A DNA stretch of 64,000 bases from Candidatus Poseidoniales archaeon (lineage in GTDB: Archaea; Thermoplasmatota; Poseidoniia; Poseidoniales; Poseidoniaceae), in the NCBI GenBank assembly GCA_038150305.1, contig JAYOTG010000001.1:97286-161285 (forward strand), given 5' to 3'. Made by a program: the position numbers and the translations under genes. The notes beneath the pieces were generated by a model. It saw nothing but the letters and a program-made list of their open reading frames with translations. It made no database searches and was not told the origin of the DNA. Position 1 is the stretch's first letter; every line of letters starts with the position of its first letter. Positions 1 to 10,365 of this stretch are shown in pieces.

Positions 1-221
1 TCCATCCACATCTCGGCACGTGCGGTCACCAGACCCGGGAGCACCTCGTCAACCTGCGCGGTTGTCCGCAACGCGCCGTCGGAGGCCGGCTCGTGCGGCA
101 TCGCCATGCCGGCGACCTTGATCGAGAAGATGGCCATCGACATCAGGGACAGCAGGAGCACCATGCCCGTGGCCAGCAGCATCTGACCGTGATCGTCGGA
201 TTGCCGTTCACCATGACGCAT
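1..221 (-). CDS. Pilin-like protein with class III signal peptide (partial, runs off the window start)
   Basis: Read by hand: ATG at 221 overlaps the upstream TGA (TGATG). It translates as MRHGERQSDDHG/QMLLATGMVLLLSLMSMAIF, a G-Q cleavage-like site followed by a hydrophobic helix. It is the last visible gene of the Tad/T4P operon. Confidence 0.65.
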   Translation of the reverse strand, partial: MRHGERQSDDHGQMLLATGMVLLLSLMSMAIFSIKVAGMAMPHEPASDGALRTTAQVDEVLPGLVTARAEMWM

Positions 222-664
222 CAGACGCCACCTCCACGGTGCCACACGTCCAGCGTGAGGGTCCACACGGTACCGTCGGTCACCAGCAGCTGGTGCACGG
301 CCACGGTTCCACCGAGCGGCGTGGCGGTATCACCATGCGGAGACGCCGGCGCCCGGTCCGCCGCAATCCAGCAATTCCCGTCGTGTCCATCGGTCAAGCG
401 GTCTTGCAGCAGGGCGCAAGCAGCGTCGAGGTCTTGCGCCTCGAGGTGGTCGTGGAGGCGGCTCTCGGCGTCCGCCTCGGACGGCGTGGCCAAGGCCGCG
501 GTGAACGCGTCCACGCCCGCGTGTTCGAGGCCTGCGTCCAAGGCGACGGAGGGTGCATCGGGAACCTGAATCTGAATCAGAAAGGTCGCGGACATGAAGA
601 ACATCCAGAACAACGTGAGCATCTCGAGGATGTGCACTTGGGCCTGGTCGTCCTCGGGGCGCAT
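221..664 (-). CDS. Putative archaeal minor pilin-like protein
   Basis: N-terminus MRPEDDQA/QVHILEMLTLFWMFF resembles a class III prepilin signal with a nearby Glu and a hydrophobic helix. It lies directly downstream of the TadB/C genes. Confidence 0.65.
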   Translation of the reverse strand: MRPEDDQAQVHILEMLTLFWMFFMSATFLIQIQVPDAPSVALDAGLEHAGVDAFTAALATPSEADAESRLHDHLEAQDLDAACALLQDRLTDGHDGNCWIAADRAPASPHGDTATPLGGTVAVHQLLVTDGTVWTLTLDVWHRGGGV

Positions 665-667
665 GAC

Positions 668-2221
668 TCACACCCAGTTAAGCCGTGTTGGACTGTACGG
701 GCCGGCGGATTGGTTGAGGCCGTCGAGGACCGTCACGCCGATCAGATCTGGTGAGAAGGCGATGAAGTTGAACACAAGGATGGCCAGGACGATCATCATG
801 CCAGAGTGCTTGAAGCCGCTCGTGATTCGACCTGTCGCCATCAGTCCTGCCATCGCACCGTTGCCCATCGCTTGCATGGTCACGCCGTAGTAGAAAATCG
901 TCAGGAAGAACAGCGGGTCGATGGCTCGAATCTGCATGTTTCCGATGTTCTGACCGCCCGAGTCGCCACCGTCGCCACCGCCGGCGTTGGAGTCCGCAAT
1001 CGCGGGAATGAACACCTTGGCCAGCACGACGATCACGCCGAGGAACACGCCGTACGACGTCCAAATGACGGCGATGTACGAGCCGATGGCCCGTTGACGT
1101 TCGGCTTCGAGGAACTTGATCTCACGGCTGTCGTTGGCGGCCGTGATGAGGATGTCCGAAATTTTTCCACCCGCGCGGTCGGCTTCTGAGATCAGTGAAA
1201 TCGCCCGCTTCACCAGCGGGGTGCCGACGCGCTCCGCGAAGATGTTGATGACGTCCCCGAACTTGACGCCCCAGGACAGCTGGCTGGACATCTTCCGGAC
1301 CTCGTCGTTCAAGGCGCCGTATTCGGAGGTCGCCAGCGTTTGAACGGCGACGGTCATCGACAAGCCACCCTTCCAGTATTCTGCAAGGTCGCGGAGGAAA
1401 TCAGGGAACTTGTCCTCCTTCTCGTTGCGCTTGAGGGCGACGCGCTCAGCATAGTACGAAGCTGGGAAGATGTAGAGGAAGAAGGTCAGACCGAAGAAGT
1501 TCAGGAAGATCATCGGTCGAAGTTGGGTGTCGCCCAAGGTGGGACCAAGCCAGAGGGACTTGTTGTTCATGTTGTCAGGAATGCCGTCGTAGTACTGGGC
1601 CTCAAAACGGAACTTGACGTTGGACAACACCTGATCTCGATCGTCCACCCAGAACCCGAATTCGTAGCGCTCCCCCGGCTCAAGGTCGTCCACATACAGG
1701 CTGCAATCGTCGCCCGGCTCGCCCGCAACGCCCTGGCTGTAGGCGATGGTCATCTTGTACTTGTCACGGATGGCGACCGTGTAAGGCGTTGGCTCAGCAG
1801 CGCTCAACGTGCAGGTCACCGTGACCGGTTGGGTGATGACGACGCCCTGGTCAACGAACGTGCGGTCGATGCCGGGCATGTCAAACGACGCACCAGCGCG
1901 CTCAACGTTTTCCCAACCCTCGTTCTCCTCCCAGACGACGACCTCGGGGTTGTCTTTGAGGATGGAGCAACTTTCGTTCATCGCATAGGTTGGTGTTGCA
2001 GGGCCGTTGAAGGCTTGGTCCCCGGTCATGGTCGAACACGCCAAGTTGGTGAACATGGGCTCGCCGTTGGCGGTCGGCAAGAAGCCGGAGTTGGTGATCC
2101 AAAACAGACCCGAGGCGGTGCCCAGCATGATCGAGAAAAAGAGGATGATGAGGAAGTTCCGTTGCGTGGGATCGTCCTTCGGAAGGTCGAGGTCCACGAC
2201 GATTTTCTTCTTCTTCGCCAT
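668..2221 (-). CDS. Type II secretion system F-family (TadC/FlaJ-like) membrane platform protein with extra N-terminal extracellular domain
   Basis: C-terminal half has the T2SSF pattern FPDFLRDLAE...G..YGAL..EV...GG.ISDIL followed by TM helices. Confidence 0.85.
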   Translation of the reverse strand: MAKKKKIVVDLDLPKDDPTQRNFLIILFFSIMLGTASGLFWITNSGFLPTANGEPMFTNLACSTMTGDQAFNGPATPTYAMNESCSILKDNPEVVVWEENEGWENVERAGASFDMPGIDRTFVDQGVVITQPVTVTCTLSAAEPTPYTVAIRDKYKMTIAYSQGVAGEPGDDCSLYVDDLEPGERYEFGFWVDDRDQVLSNVKFRFEAQYYDGIPDNMNNKSLWLGPTLGDTQLRPMIFLNFFGLTFFLYIFPASYYAERVALKRNEKEDKFPDFLRDLAEYWKGGLSMTVAVQTLATSEYGALNDEVRKMSSQLSWGVKFGDVINIFAERVGTPLVKRAISLISEADRAGGKISDILITAANDSREIKFLEAERQRAIGSYIAVIWTSYGVFLGVIVVLAKVFIPAIADSNAGGGDGGDSGGQNIGNMQIRAIDPLFFLTIFYYGVTMQAMGNGAMAGLMATGRITSGFKHSGMMIVLAILVFNFIAFSPDLIGVTVLDGLNQSAGPYSPTRLNWV

Positions 2222-2233
2222 GAATTCACCCCC

Positions 2234-3253
2234 TCACATTTCTTGCTCTTTGCTGCTCGACCACACCAAGAAGGCGTAGGCCACGTGGATGAGCGGGATG
2301 AAGCCGAGGACGATGCCGTAAAGCATGCCCTCAGACATTTGGGCGCCCGAGCCCGACACCCAGAACATGATGACGAGCATCACAATGAGGAAGAGCGGCA
2401 TGGCTACGGCGACCACAATGTAGGACTCAGCAAGCAAGGCGATGCTTTCCAAGAACTTGTGGAGCCGCGTCCTGTTTTCGCGCATGTAGTGCTCGGCTCG
2501 GTTCAGGAAGAAGAGCTTCAGCTGACCACCGGCGGTCAGGGTGCCAATCATCCCTTGGAAGAATTCCGTCAACCATGGCGATGCAGCACGGTCCACGGCC
2601 ATTTTCATGGCCGTGATGAGGTCGTAGCCCATCAGCGTAATGTCGCGATAAATCATCGCAGCGTCGTCAGCGACGTCACCGTAGATGTCCTTGTTCATCG
2701 CGAGGGAGCGGAAAATCTTGCCCGGGGTGGCGTTGGCGGCGCTCATCGCGGCGGTGTAGGAGGCGGCGTAAGGGAGGTACTTCTCGATCTTGTCACCGCG
2801 CTTCTTGGCGGCGGAGGCCGCGCTGCCGCCGGCCACCTTCCAGGTCACGAAGGGCGCGATGACGCCAAACACGCCCCCAATGGCGGCCTTCGCGAAGAAG
2901 GGGAAGACCCGGGTGCGGTAGTAGGGGCAACCCTGGTAGGGCAACGAATCGTCAAGCAAATCCTTGTTCCAGTACACCCATTCGAAGCACTTGTCGTCAA
3001 TGGCGGGGTCCATCAGCCCCTCATAGAGCGCGATGGCGCCGATTTCAGGGAAGAACACCGCGGCCAAGATGAGGGCGCAGATGGCGCTGACCGCGAGGGT
3101 GATCAGGATGGTCTGCGCGATGTAGACCTCAGGCATGATGTCCAGTTTGCCCTTGACGATGTTGTCCGAGAGTTCCTTGTTGGCTCGGGCGCGCTTCTTC
3201 AGCATCCGCCCAAGCAGGCGGTTGCAGAACTGCTGCCAGAGGGAGAGCTCCAT
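2234..3253 (-). CDS. Type II secretion system F-family (TadB/FlaJ-like) protein
   Basis: IEKYLPYA...YGDVA...GYDL..A...FFQG....L..GG pattern. It lies between the ATPase and the second F protein. Confidence 0.85.
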   Translation of the reverse strand: MELSLWQQFCNRLLGRMLKKRARANKELSDNIVKGKLDIMPEVYIAQTILITLAVSAICALILAAVFFPEIGAIALYEGLMDPAIDDKCFEWVYWNKDLLDDSLPYQGCPYYRTRVFPFFAKAAIGGVFGVIAPFVTWKVAGGSAASAAKKRGDKIEKYLPYAASYTAAMSAANATPGKIFRSLAMNKDIYGDVADDAAMIYRDITLMGYDLITAMKMAVDRAASPWLTEFFQGMIGTLTAGGQLKLFFLNRAEHYMRENRTRLHKFLESIALLAESYIVVAVAMPLFLIVMLVIMFWVSGSGAQMSEGMLYGIVLGFIPLIHVAYAFLVWSSSKEQEM

Positions 3254-3265
3254 CGTCGTTCCACC

Positions 3266-4789
3266 TCACCTGAGTCCGTCGACCCGAGCGAGGACCTCCT
3301 GGGGACGGACGTAGTATTCCGTCACGATTTGAGACACTTGGTCGGCCTTTCGAATGTCGTTCAGCACCATCCATTCGAGGATGCGCTTGCGTGTGCGGAG
3401 TTCACGGCGCATTTCCTCTTGGCTGTAGTTGATCTTGACCATGATCTTCTCCAAAACGTAGGACTTTCCGCTAAAGATGAAGTCGTCGGAAGACACGTCC
3501 CAGCGGAACACCTCGTTGGTGATGACTTCCAACGAGTTGGGGTCGATGCCGACGATTTCGACGACCTGCTTGGTGCGGCGAACACGGTTTCCGTTGATCC
3601 TCGTCTGGATTTGAATCGAGCACGCTTCGAGCGCGGGGAGCAACACACGCGGGATGTCAATGGGCTTGTTCTCAAGCCGGTGCACGAGCGAAGGCACGGA
3701 GTCGGCGTGCACGGTCGAGTAGGCGCAGTGGCCCGTGGCCATGGCCTGGAACAACACGTAGGCTTCCGCACCACGGATCTCACCCACAATGATGTATTCT
3801 GGACGTTCACGAAGCGCGGCCTTGAGCAGTTCGAACTCTCCGATGACACCTTCCGTCGATTCACCACCAAACCCTTGCCGGGTCAAACCAGGGACCCAGT
3901 TGGGCTGGGGAATGTTCACCTCACGGGTGGACTCGATGGAGACGATCTTCATCTGCCATGGAATGAAGATGCACATGGCGTTGAGGGTCGTGGTTTTCCC
4001 GGATGCCGTACCGCCGACGAAAAGCATGGGGACTTCGTTCTGGAAGGCGATCCACAGGTAAGCGACCATCAGCGAGGACATGGTGCGGAAGGCCACGATG
4101 TCGGCCGGCGAGAAGGGGTCGTCCTTGAAGCGCCGAATACAGAACGAAGAGCCACGGGTGGACACCTCACGGCCAAGTTTCATGACGATACGGGAGCCGT
4201 CCATCAGCGTCGCGTCGAGCAGGGGGTCGGCGACGGAGATGTGCTTGCCACAGCGCTGGGCGAGTTTGATCACGTACGATTCGAGTTCGTCGTCCGTGTT
4301 CCACACGCAGGTGGTTTCCACCGACTCGAACTTGCGGTGGTAGGCGAAAATGGGCACGCCGGTGCCGTCCAGGGAGATGTCCTCCACGTTGACGTCGTTC
4401 ATCAGCACGTCCATCTTTCCATAGCCGATCAGGTCACGGCGGATGTAGTAGAAAATCTTCGACTTCGACTTCTTGCTGATTTTCATCCCGTAGGACTTGA
4501 TCACCTTGTCCATCGCCGCCCGGAGGTAGGCTTCGGGCTGCGTGTCAATTTCCTCGATGTTCGACTGCAGCGAGCGGATGAAGATGTCCATGATCTCGTC
4601 AAGCTGCTCCTGTTCCTTCTTGGTCATCGGAGGCTCGATGATCTGGTAGATGATGTTCAGCGTACGCTTATCGCGTACGATGCGGGCGAAGGCGTGCGGG
4701 GGCATGACGGGGTACTTGTCCAGTTCATCGTACATGGCGCGCTGGGCAGCACGACCACGTTGGCCTCCTTTCCCCCCTTTTCTCGCCAT
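3266..4789 (-). CDS. Type IV pilus/secretion ATPase (TadA/FlaI/VirB11 family)
   Basis: Walker A GGTASGKTT, IESTRE, LRERPEYIIVGEIRGAEA and ATGH..ST.HA motifs. Start is ATG 4789 or GTG 4795. Confidence 0.93.
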   Translation of the reverse strand: MARKGGKGGQRGRAAQRAMYDELDKYPVMPPHAFARIVRDKRTLNIIYQIIEPPMTKKEQEQLDEIMDIFIRSLQSNIEEIDTQPEAYLRAAMDKVIKSYGMKISKKSKSKIFYYIRRDLIGYGKMDVLMNDVNVEDISLDGTGVPIFAYHRKFESVETTCVWNTDDELESYVIKLAQRCGKHISVADPLLDATLMDGSRIVMKLGREVSTRGSSFCIRRFKDDPFSPADIVAFRTMSSLMVAYLWIAFQNEVPMLFVGGTASGKTTTLNAMCIFIPWQMKIVSIESTREVNIPQPNWVPGLTRQGFGGESTEGVIGEFELLKAALRERPEYIIVGEIRGAEAYVLFQAMATGHCAYSTVHADSVPSLVHRLENKPIDIPRVLLPALEACSIQIQTRINGNRVRRTKQVVEIVGIDPNSLEVITNEVFRWDVSSDDFIFSGKSYVLEKIMVKINYSQEEMRRELRTRKRILEWMVLNDIRKADQVSQIVTEYYVRPQEVLARVDGLR

Positions 4790-4891
4790 GGTCACGCCCG
4801 TCCAATCGGTTTTCCCACACCCGCGGCCCGACTATAACCTTTGGTCGCTTCACGACGCCGCCGCACCCCGAACAGATGGGAGATTTGGGCG

Positions 4892-5443
4892 TCAGGCACC
4901 CAAGTCGACCAGCAGGGCTCGGGCCTCGGCGCGAAAGGCGCTCAGCGGGTCGCGGTTGTGCAGCACGTGGTCGGCTTCATCCATCAGCTGGCCGACGCCC
5001 CAACCAAGCTCCCGAACGTCGCGGGCTTGGAAATCTTCGAGGGAGCCGTCCTCGGCACGGGCGCGCGCTTGACTGCGGCGGAAACGGACCTCAGCGTCGG
5101 CATGAATGGCGACCACCCGGAACGCTTCACCCCAACGGGCCGCGAACACCTCGCGTTCAGCAACGCCACGAAGGCCGTCGATCACCAACAAGGCAGGGCG
5201 GTCTTCCATGCCGTCAATCGCGTCGGCAAGGCGGACGGCGAGCACGTCGTCGCCGTGCTTCGCCCGCAGTTCAACCGCGATTCGCCCAAAGACACGCGGG
5301 TCGCCCTCGAGTCCTTGGCGCACGACCTCCTCTCGCACCATGTCGCCCATGGAGCGAACGGGGAGCGAGAGCGAAGCAGCGACGTCTGCAAATTCCCCCT
5401 TGCCACAAGCGGGCAGGCCACAGACGGCCAACACACGGACCAT
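4892..5443 (-). CDS. P-loop nucleotide kinase, archaeal UPF0200 / dephospho-CoA kinase-like
   Basis: GLPACGKG P-loop, SMGD.VR, IDGLR, R..R.ED and RD.RELGWG motifs. Confidence 0.8.
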   Translation of the reverse strand: MVRVLAVCGLPACGKGEFADVAASLSLPVRSMGDMVREEVVRQGLEGDPRVFGRIAVELRAKHGDDVLAVRLADAIDGMEDRPALLVIDGLRGVAEREVFAARWGEAFRVVAIHADAEVRFRRSQARARAEDGSLEDFQARDVRELGWGVGQLMDEADHVLHNRDPLSAFRAEARALLVDLGA

Positions 5444-5485
5444 GCCCGGCCGTGCAGGCGAGGGGACATGAAGGGCGCGACCGGC

Positions 5486-7204
5486 TCAGTTCTCGAAGGG
5501 CTTCTTTCCCCAGCGCACGTCGATGAGCGCCCACAGCACCGCGGAACCCACCAAGAGGCCGCCTGAAATCGACAGGATGCCAAGGTAACCGCCACGCACC
5601 ATCTCAACGTCGTAGGCGGTGGCGGTGGCGCTCAGTCCGTCTTCGCTGACACGCTCCCACCAGTTGCCGTACAGGTCCACGTCACCCTGGGTGAACGACA
5701 ACAAGAACAAGCCCAGCAAAGGCAGTACCGTGCCCAGCCAGAACCAGAACATGATGCGTCCGTCAAAGATGGCTTTGTTTGGACGCAGCCCCATCAGGAA
5801 GGCCGTCAGGGCGACGATGTAGATCGAATTTGCAAACATGACCGCCAGGCCCGTCGGCAGTGCCGCCCATTCGTCGAGCCGCCACGCCATGAGGACGAAG
5901 AAAATCAGCGAAATCCACGACGTGGCGAGGAAGTAGACGACCACCTTGGCACGAAGCAATTGAGGGACGCGAAGGGGAAGGCCGTTCATGAAATCGGGAT
6001 CGTCGAGGATGGTCAACCACGAGTAGAAATTGAACCCAAAGAAGCCCAAAAACGGCGCATAGGAGAGCAAATTGATGGGGATCGGGGCCTCAGCGAAATC
6101 GATCAACCACGCCATCCCGAGCAGCACCAAAAGAGGCACCGAATACGACACGGTCATTTTCTTCATCGTCCCAGAACGGATGAGGTCCACGAATTCCTTG
6201 GCCACCAACAAGCGGAGCGGTCCGTTGCCAAGGAAGCGCAGGCGGCGCATCATTGGATTCAGCAGGTCCTTGCGCGACGTGACCTTGACCTCGAAATCAT
6301 CGACGAGCAGGGAACTCGCGATGGCACCGAGCACGCCGGCACCCACCAAGCCTCCAAGAAGCGGCAGGAGGGCGTGGTCGCGCTGCACGGCGAGACCGAC
6401 CAGGGCTGCGTCCCACGGAAGGAGCCCCAATCCTGCCGACAGCCCGACGCCCACCGCGACCACCGGGCCCAGCCAGGTGAACGGCCGACCACGGAGCCAC
6501 AGCACGGAACCGAGGAAGGCCAACGCCAACCCCTCCGCCAAGGTGGTGGCCATGGCGGCCCAGGTCCAGAACACCGAGGACCATTCGAGCGGCGTCTGAA
6601 TGAGGCCACTTTCATCGAGCACCAAGCCAAGGCTCATGCCGGCAACGATGGGCGTGAGGATGAGCAGCACGTAGTAGATCAGGTCCTTCACGAAGTACGT
6701 GAAGTGAGCCGCGGACATCGTCAAGGGTTGCAGGGCTGGGGCGGCCAGCAGCCTGTTTTTCGAGCCCGTGCGCTGCATGATGGCCTCTTGGCCCTTGAAC
6801 GCGAAGGTGCCCATGCCCAAGGAGAACATCAACAGGGGCAGGTGAACGCCGATGCGCAGTTGGTCCCAGCTGAAGGTGCGCTCGTCGATGTCCGACACCT
6901 GGGCCGCGCCGGTGCCGACCAAGAACTGCAGCCCGATGGTCGTCACCGCAGTGATGAGCGTCAAGAGCAGGGGAAAGAGGATGATTTGGCGCGCTTGGGC
7001 GAAATCCACCGTTTCGCGCCATTCTTCGAGGAACATGGCTCGGAACGTGGTCCGGAAGGCCGCCCAGCCGCGACGCGGTTCGTTGAGGTGCAGCCCGGGA
7101 ACATGCGTTGAGCCGTCGCCAGGCGGCAGCGCTGCGCGAAGGTGGCCAAGGGCGTCCACGACCTCGTCCCAATCGCGGGAACGAACGCTTGCGCCCACGT
7201 TCAT
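5486..7204 (-). CDS. Multi-pass membrane protein, probable ABC exporter permease
   Basis: About 12 hydrophobic segments, and the start overlaps the stop of the adjacent ABC ATPase. Confidence 0.7.
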   Translation of the reverse strand: MNVGASVRSRDWDEVVDALGHLRAALPPGDGSTHVPGLHLNEPRRGWAAFRTTFRAMFLEEWRETVDFAQARQIILFPLLLTLITAVTTIGLQFLVGTGAAQVSDIDERTFSWDQLRIGVHLPLLMFSLGMGTFAFKGQEAIMQRTGSKNRLLAAPALQPLTMSAAHFTYFVKDLIYYVLLILTPIVAGMSLGLVLDESGLIQTPLEWSSVFWTWAAMATTLAEGLALAFLGSVLWLRGRPFTWLGPVVAVGVGLSAGLGLLPWDAALVGLAVQRDHALLPLLGGLVGAGVLGAIASSLLVDDFEVKVTSRKDLLNPMMRRLRFLGNGPLRLLVAKEFVDLIRSGTMKKMTVSYSVPLLVLLGMAWLIDFAEAPIPINLLSYAPFLGFFGFNFYSWLTILDDPDFMNGLPLRVPQLLRAKVVVYFLATSWISLIFFVLMAWRLDEWAALPTGLAVMFANSIYIVALTAFLMGLRPNKAIFDGRIMFWFWLGTVLPLLGLFLLSFTQGDVDLYGNWWERVSEDGLSATATAYDVEMVRGGYLGILSISGGLLVGSAVLWALIDVRWGKKPFEN

Positions 7205-7971
7205 TCCTCCTCAGTGCTGGTTCCCGCGAGGTGTTCCGCTTCCTCGATGGTGTGCCCAACAAGGCGAATGAAGACGTCTTCGAGGCTCTCTCCGTCGAGT
7301 TTCAGGTCGTCGATGGCACCGGCGGCCAGGACCTTGCCTTCGTTGATGATGGCCATCCGGTTGCAGAGACGTTCAGCCGATTCAAGCACGTGGGAGCAGA
7401 GGAAAATCGTCCCGCCGCCGGCCACGTGTTCGAGCAGCCATTCGCGGCACTTGCGTTGGTAAATCGGATCGAGGTTGGCGAACGGCTCGTCGAGGAAGAG
7501 CAACTTTGGCGCATGGATGAAGGCCGAAGCGAGCATGACCTTCTGACGCTGACCCTTGGACAAATCTTTGCACATCGTGTCGCGCTTTTCCTCGAGGCCA
7601 AACCACGACAACCAGTGGTCCACCTTGCCGTCCACGTCCTCCAAACCACGCAGCTTGGCCACGAAGGTGAGGAACTCGGGCGGCGTGAGGAAGGACGGCG
7701 GCGATTCCGATTCAGGCACGATGCCGATGTTGGCCTTGAGGTGCTGCGGGTCCGCAACCGCGTCAATGCCCAGCACCTCGATGCGCCCGATGCTGGGGCG
7801 GAGTTGCCCCGTGAGGAGTTTGATGAAGGTGGATTTGCCTGCCCCGTTTGGCCCAAAGACGCCGAAGAACTCGCCCTCGTGGACCCTGACGTCCAGCGGG
7901 TGCAGGGCCACGAAATCCCCGTACCGCTTGCCGATGTCCTTGGCGTCGACGAGGAGTTGACGGTCGGACAT
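7201..7971 (-). CDS. ABC transporter ATP-binding protein (CcmA/multidrug type)
   Basis: GPNGAGKST, LSKGQRQK, LFLDEP and SH motifs. Start set at ATG 7971 (MSDRQLL). Confidence 0.92.
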   Translation of the reverse strand: MSDRQLLVDAKDIGKRYGDFVALHPLDVRVHEGEFFGVFGPNGAGKSTFIKLLTGQLRPSIGRIEVLGIDAVADPQHLKANIGIVPESESPPSFLTPPEFLTFVAKLRGLEDVDGKVDHWLSWFGLEEKRDTMCKDLSKGQRQKVMLASAFIHAPKLLFLDEPFANLDPIYQRKCREWLLEHVAGGGTIFLCSHVLESAERLCNRMAIINEGKVLAAGAIDDLKLDGESLEDVFIRLVGHTIEEAEHLAGTSTEEE

Positions 7972-8090
7972 GCTTCCGCTGTGGCGGCGGACCCATATGA
8001 GCGCACCTGAGGCCGCCACGGCCTTGACGAGGGCGAAAAGGCCCATCCCCCTCAGCGCATCGGTTGAAAAGGAAAGCAGGGCTGGACCAC

Positions 8091-9254
8091 ATGAGGAAGA
8101 TGGCCACCACGCTCCCAATGTGCGTCGTCGACTACATGGACACGACGAAGTCTCCTGAAGAGGAGGACATCGCTGCGGCCATCCGGGCCGTTCGCGCTCG
8201 CCTTGGCGACAAGGTGCTCATCCTCGGCCACCACTACCAGCGTGATGGGATCGTCGAACACGCCGATTACATCGGGGACTCGTTCATGCTCAGCCGGAAA
8301 GCGGCGGATTCCGACGCGACGACCATCGTGTTCTGCGGCGTCCACTTCATGGCGGAATCTGCCGACGTGCTGACGCGGGACGAGCAAGCGGTGCTGATGC
8401 CCACCCTGCGGGCCGGGTGTTCGATGGCGGACATGGCCACCCTCGGCGAAGTGGAACGCGATTGGCCCGCCATGCTGGAGCAAGGCGGATGGGCGGACCC
8501 TGCGGAACGTCAAAATCCGACCGCGCCCGCCGGTGAAGGCGATGCCTTCCTCGTGCCTGTGACATACATGAACAGCAGCGCCGCGCTGAAGGATTTCGTC
8601 GGCCGCCACGGCGGTGTCGTGTGCACCTCTTCCAACGCCCGTGGCGTCTTGGAATGGGCCTTCGAGCGTGCAGGAGAAGGTGGCGCAGTCCTCTTCTTCC
8701 CCGACCAGCACCTCGGTCGAAACACCGGCCTGAAGATGGGGTTGGAAGAAGACCGCATGCCCGTGTGGATTCCAGAAATGGGCGCAACGGGCGATCTGAA
8801 CGAGGCGCGAATCGTCCTCTGGCACGGCTTTTGCAGCGTTCACAAGCGCTTCACAGCGGAGCAAATCGCCGAATTCAGAACGCGTCATCCTGACGGCGTG
8901 GTGGTCGTTCACCCCGAGTGCCCTCGGGCCACCGTTGAGGCGGCTGACGCCGACGGGTCAACCGAGTACATCAAGCGCTTCATCGACGCTCAGCCCGCCG
9001 GCTCGAGCATTGCTGTTGGGACCGAGATCAACATGGTCGCGCGAATGGCCAAAGAGCATCCGGACAAGCACATCGAGTGCTTGGACGCGGAGGTGTGCCC
9101 ATGCTCCACCATGTACATGATCCACCCCGCCTACCTCCTCGATGTCCTTGAGCGCCTCGAGGCCGGGGAGCACGCGAACCAAGTCGTGGTTCCGCACGCC
9201 GTTCAAGAGGGCGCCCTCATGGCGCTTGAGCGCATGCTTTCCATCATCGAGTGA
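8091..9254 (+). CDS. nadA: Quinolinate synthase A
   Basis: ILGHHYQR, GDS, FCGVHFMAE, three Fe-S Cys motifs (AGCSMA, GFCSVH, CPCSTM), FFPDQHLGRN and HPEC. Confidence 0.95.
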   Translation: MRKMATTLPMCVVDYMDTTKSPEEEDIAAAIRAVRARLGDKVLILGHHYQRDGIVEHADYIGDSFMLSRKAADSDATTIVFCGVHFMAESADVLTRDEQAVLMPTLRAGCSMADMATLGEVERDWPAMLEQGGWADPAERQNPTAPAGEGDAFLVPVTYMNSSAALKDFVGRHGGVVCTSSNARGVLEWAFERAGEGGAVLFFPDQHLGRNTGLKMGLEEDRMPVWIPEMGATGDLNEARIVLWHGFCSVHKRFTAEQIAEFRTRHPDGVVVVHPECPRATVEAADADGSTEYIKRFIDAQPAGSSIAVGTEINMVARMAKEHPDKHIECLDAEVCPCSTMYMIHPAYLLDVLERLEAGEHANQVVVPHAVQEGALMALERMLSIIE

Positions 9255-9264
9255 GGATGACCGT

Positions 9265-10365
9265 ATGGACGAAGACCGCGCAGCGCGACGCATCACGCTG
9301 GCTGGGGGCTTCGTCAACCTCGTCTTGACCTCCCTCCAAGCCGTGGGAGGCGTCATCTTCGGCAGCGTTGCCCTGTTGGCGGACGCTCTCCATTCGCTGA
9401 CCGACCTCGTCTCCGATGCCGTGGTCTACATGGCAGTCCGCCTCGGAGCAGCCGAAGCCGACGAGAACCATCCGTACGGCCACCGCCGCTTCGAGACCTT
9501 GGCCTCGCTCGCCGTGGGCCTGCTCATCGTGGTCGTCGGCGTGATGCTGGTGCTCGAAGCGGCGGAGCGCTTGCAAAGCCAGACGTGGGTGTCGCCTGAG
9601 CAACCCGCGCTGGTGGTGGCCGGCATCACCATCTTCGCCAAAGAAGGCCTCTACCGCGCGACCATGCGGGTGGCACGCAAGCACGACCATGCGCTGCTCC
9701 GTGCTAACGCGGTGCACCACCGCACCGATGCCCTCTCCAGCGTCGCGGTCTTTGTCGGTCTGTTCGCCTCGATTTACGGGTTCTCTTCCGGGGACCTCAT
9801 CGCCGCTCTGGTGGTCGGTTTGTTGCTGATCAGGGCCGGTCTCCGGATTGTTTGGGAAGCGGGGTTGGAACTCTCCGAGGCGGGTGTCGACGCCGACACC
9901 TACACCACCATGCGCGAATTGATCCTTGACACGGGAGGCGTCGAAGACCTGCATCTGTTGAAGACCAAGACCGTGGGTGGACGCATCTTTGCGGAAGCCC
10001 ACGTGCAAGTTCGCCCAACCCTTTCCGTGACGCAGGGCCACGAAATTGCGCACCGCGCTGTCGACCGCGTGATGGACGCCATACCGTTGTTGCAAGACCT
10101 GACCGTTCACGTCGACCCAGAGGACGATCAAGAGGACGCTCCACCCCTGCCAAACGGCCACCTGATCGAACGCGCTGTGCACGGCGCATGGGAGGAAGCG
10201 ACGGGGGAGGCGCCCGAGGACCTGACCCTCCACCTGCTGGTGCAGGCCACGACGGTGGTGCTGGTGTGCTCCTCGAACCTCGATGAGGGCGCCATTGAAC
10301 GGGGCAAGGCCGCGGTCCTTGCCGTGGATCATGTGGACGACGTTCAGGTGTTGTCCCCGCGATGA
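9265..10365 (+). CDS. Cation diffusion facilitator (FieF-like) with C-terminal extension
   Basis: S.ALLADALHSLTD, HPYGH.RFE and HHRTD motifs, plus a C-terminal metal-binding domain (H...H..P). Confidence 0.9.
   Translation: MDEDRAARRITLAGGFVNLVLTSLQAVGGVIFGSVALLADALHSLTDLVSDAVVYMAVRLGAAEADENHPYGHRRFETLASLAVGLLIVVVGVMLVLEAAERLQSQTWVSPEQPALVVAGITIFAKEGLYRATMRVARKHDHALLRANAVHHRTDALSSVAVFVGLFASIYGFSSGDLIAALVVGLLLIRAGLRIVWEAGLELSEAGVDADTYTTMRELILDTGGVEDLHLLKTKTVGGRIFAEAHVQVRPTLSVTQGHEIAHRAVDRVMDAIPLLQDLTVHVDPEDDQEDAPPLPNGHLIERAVHGAWEEATGEAPEDLTLHLLVQATTVVLVCSSNLDEGAIERGKAAVLAVDHVDDVQVLSPR

Noticed and set aside
1340-4837. 1165-aa ORF on the + strand
   Set aside because: It is the antisense shadow of the Tad operon, caused by high-GC codon bias. 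It has no motifs and completely overlaps well-supported genes.
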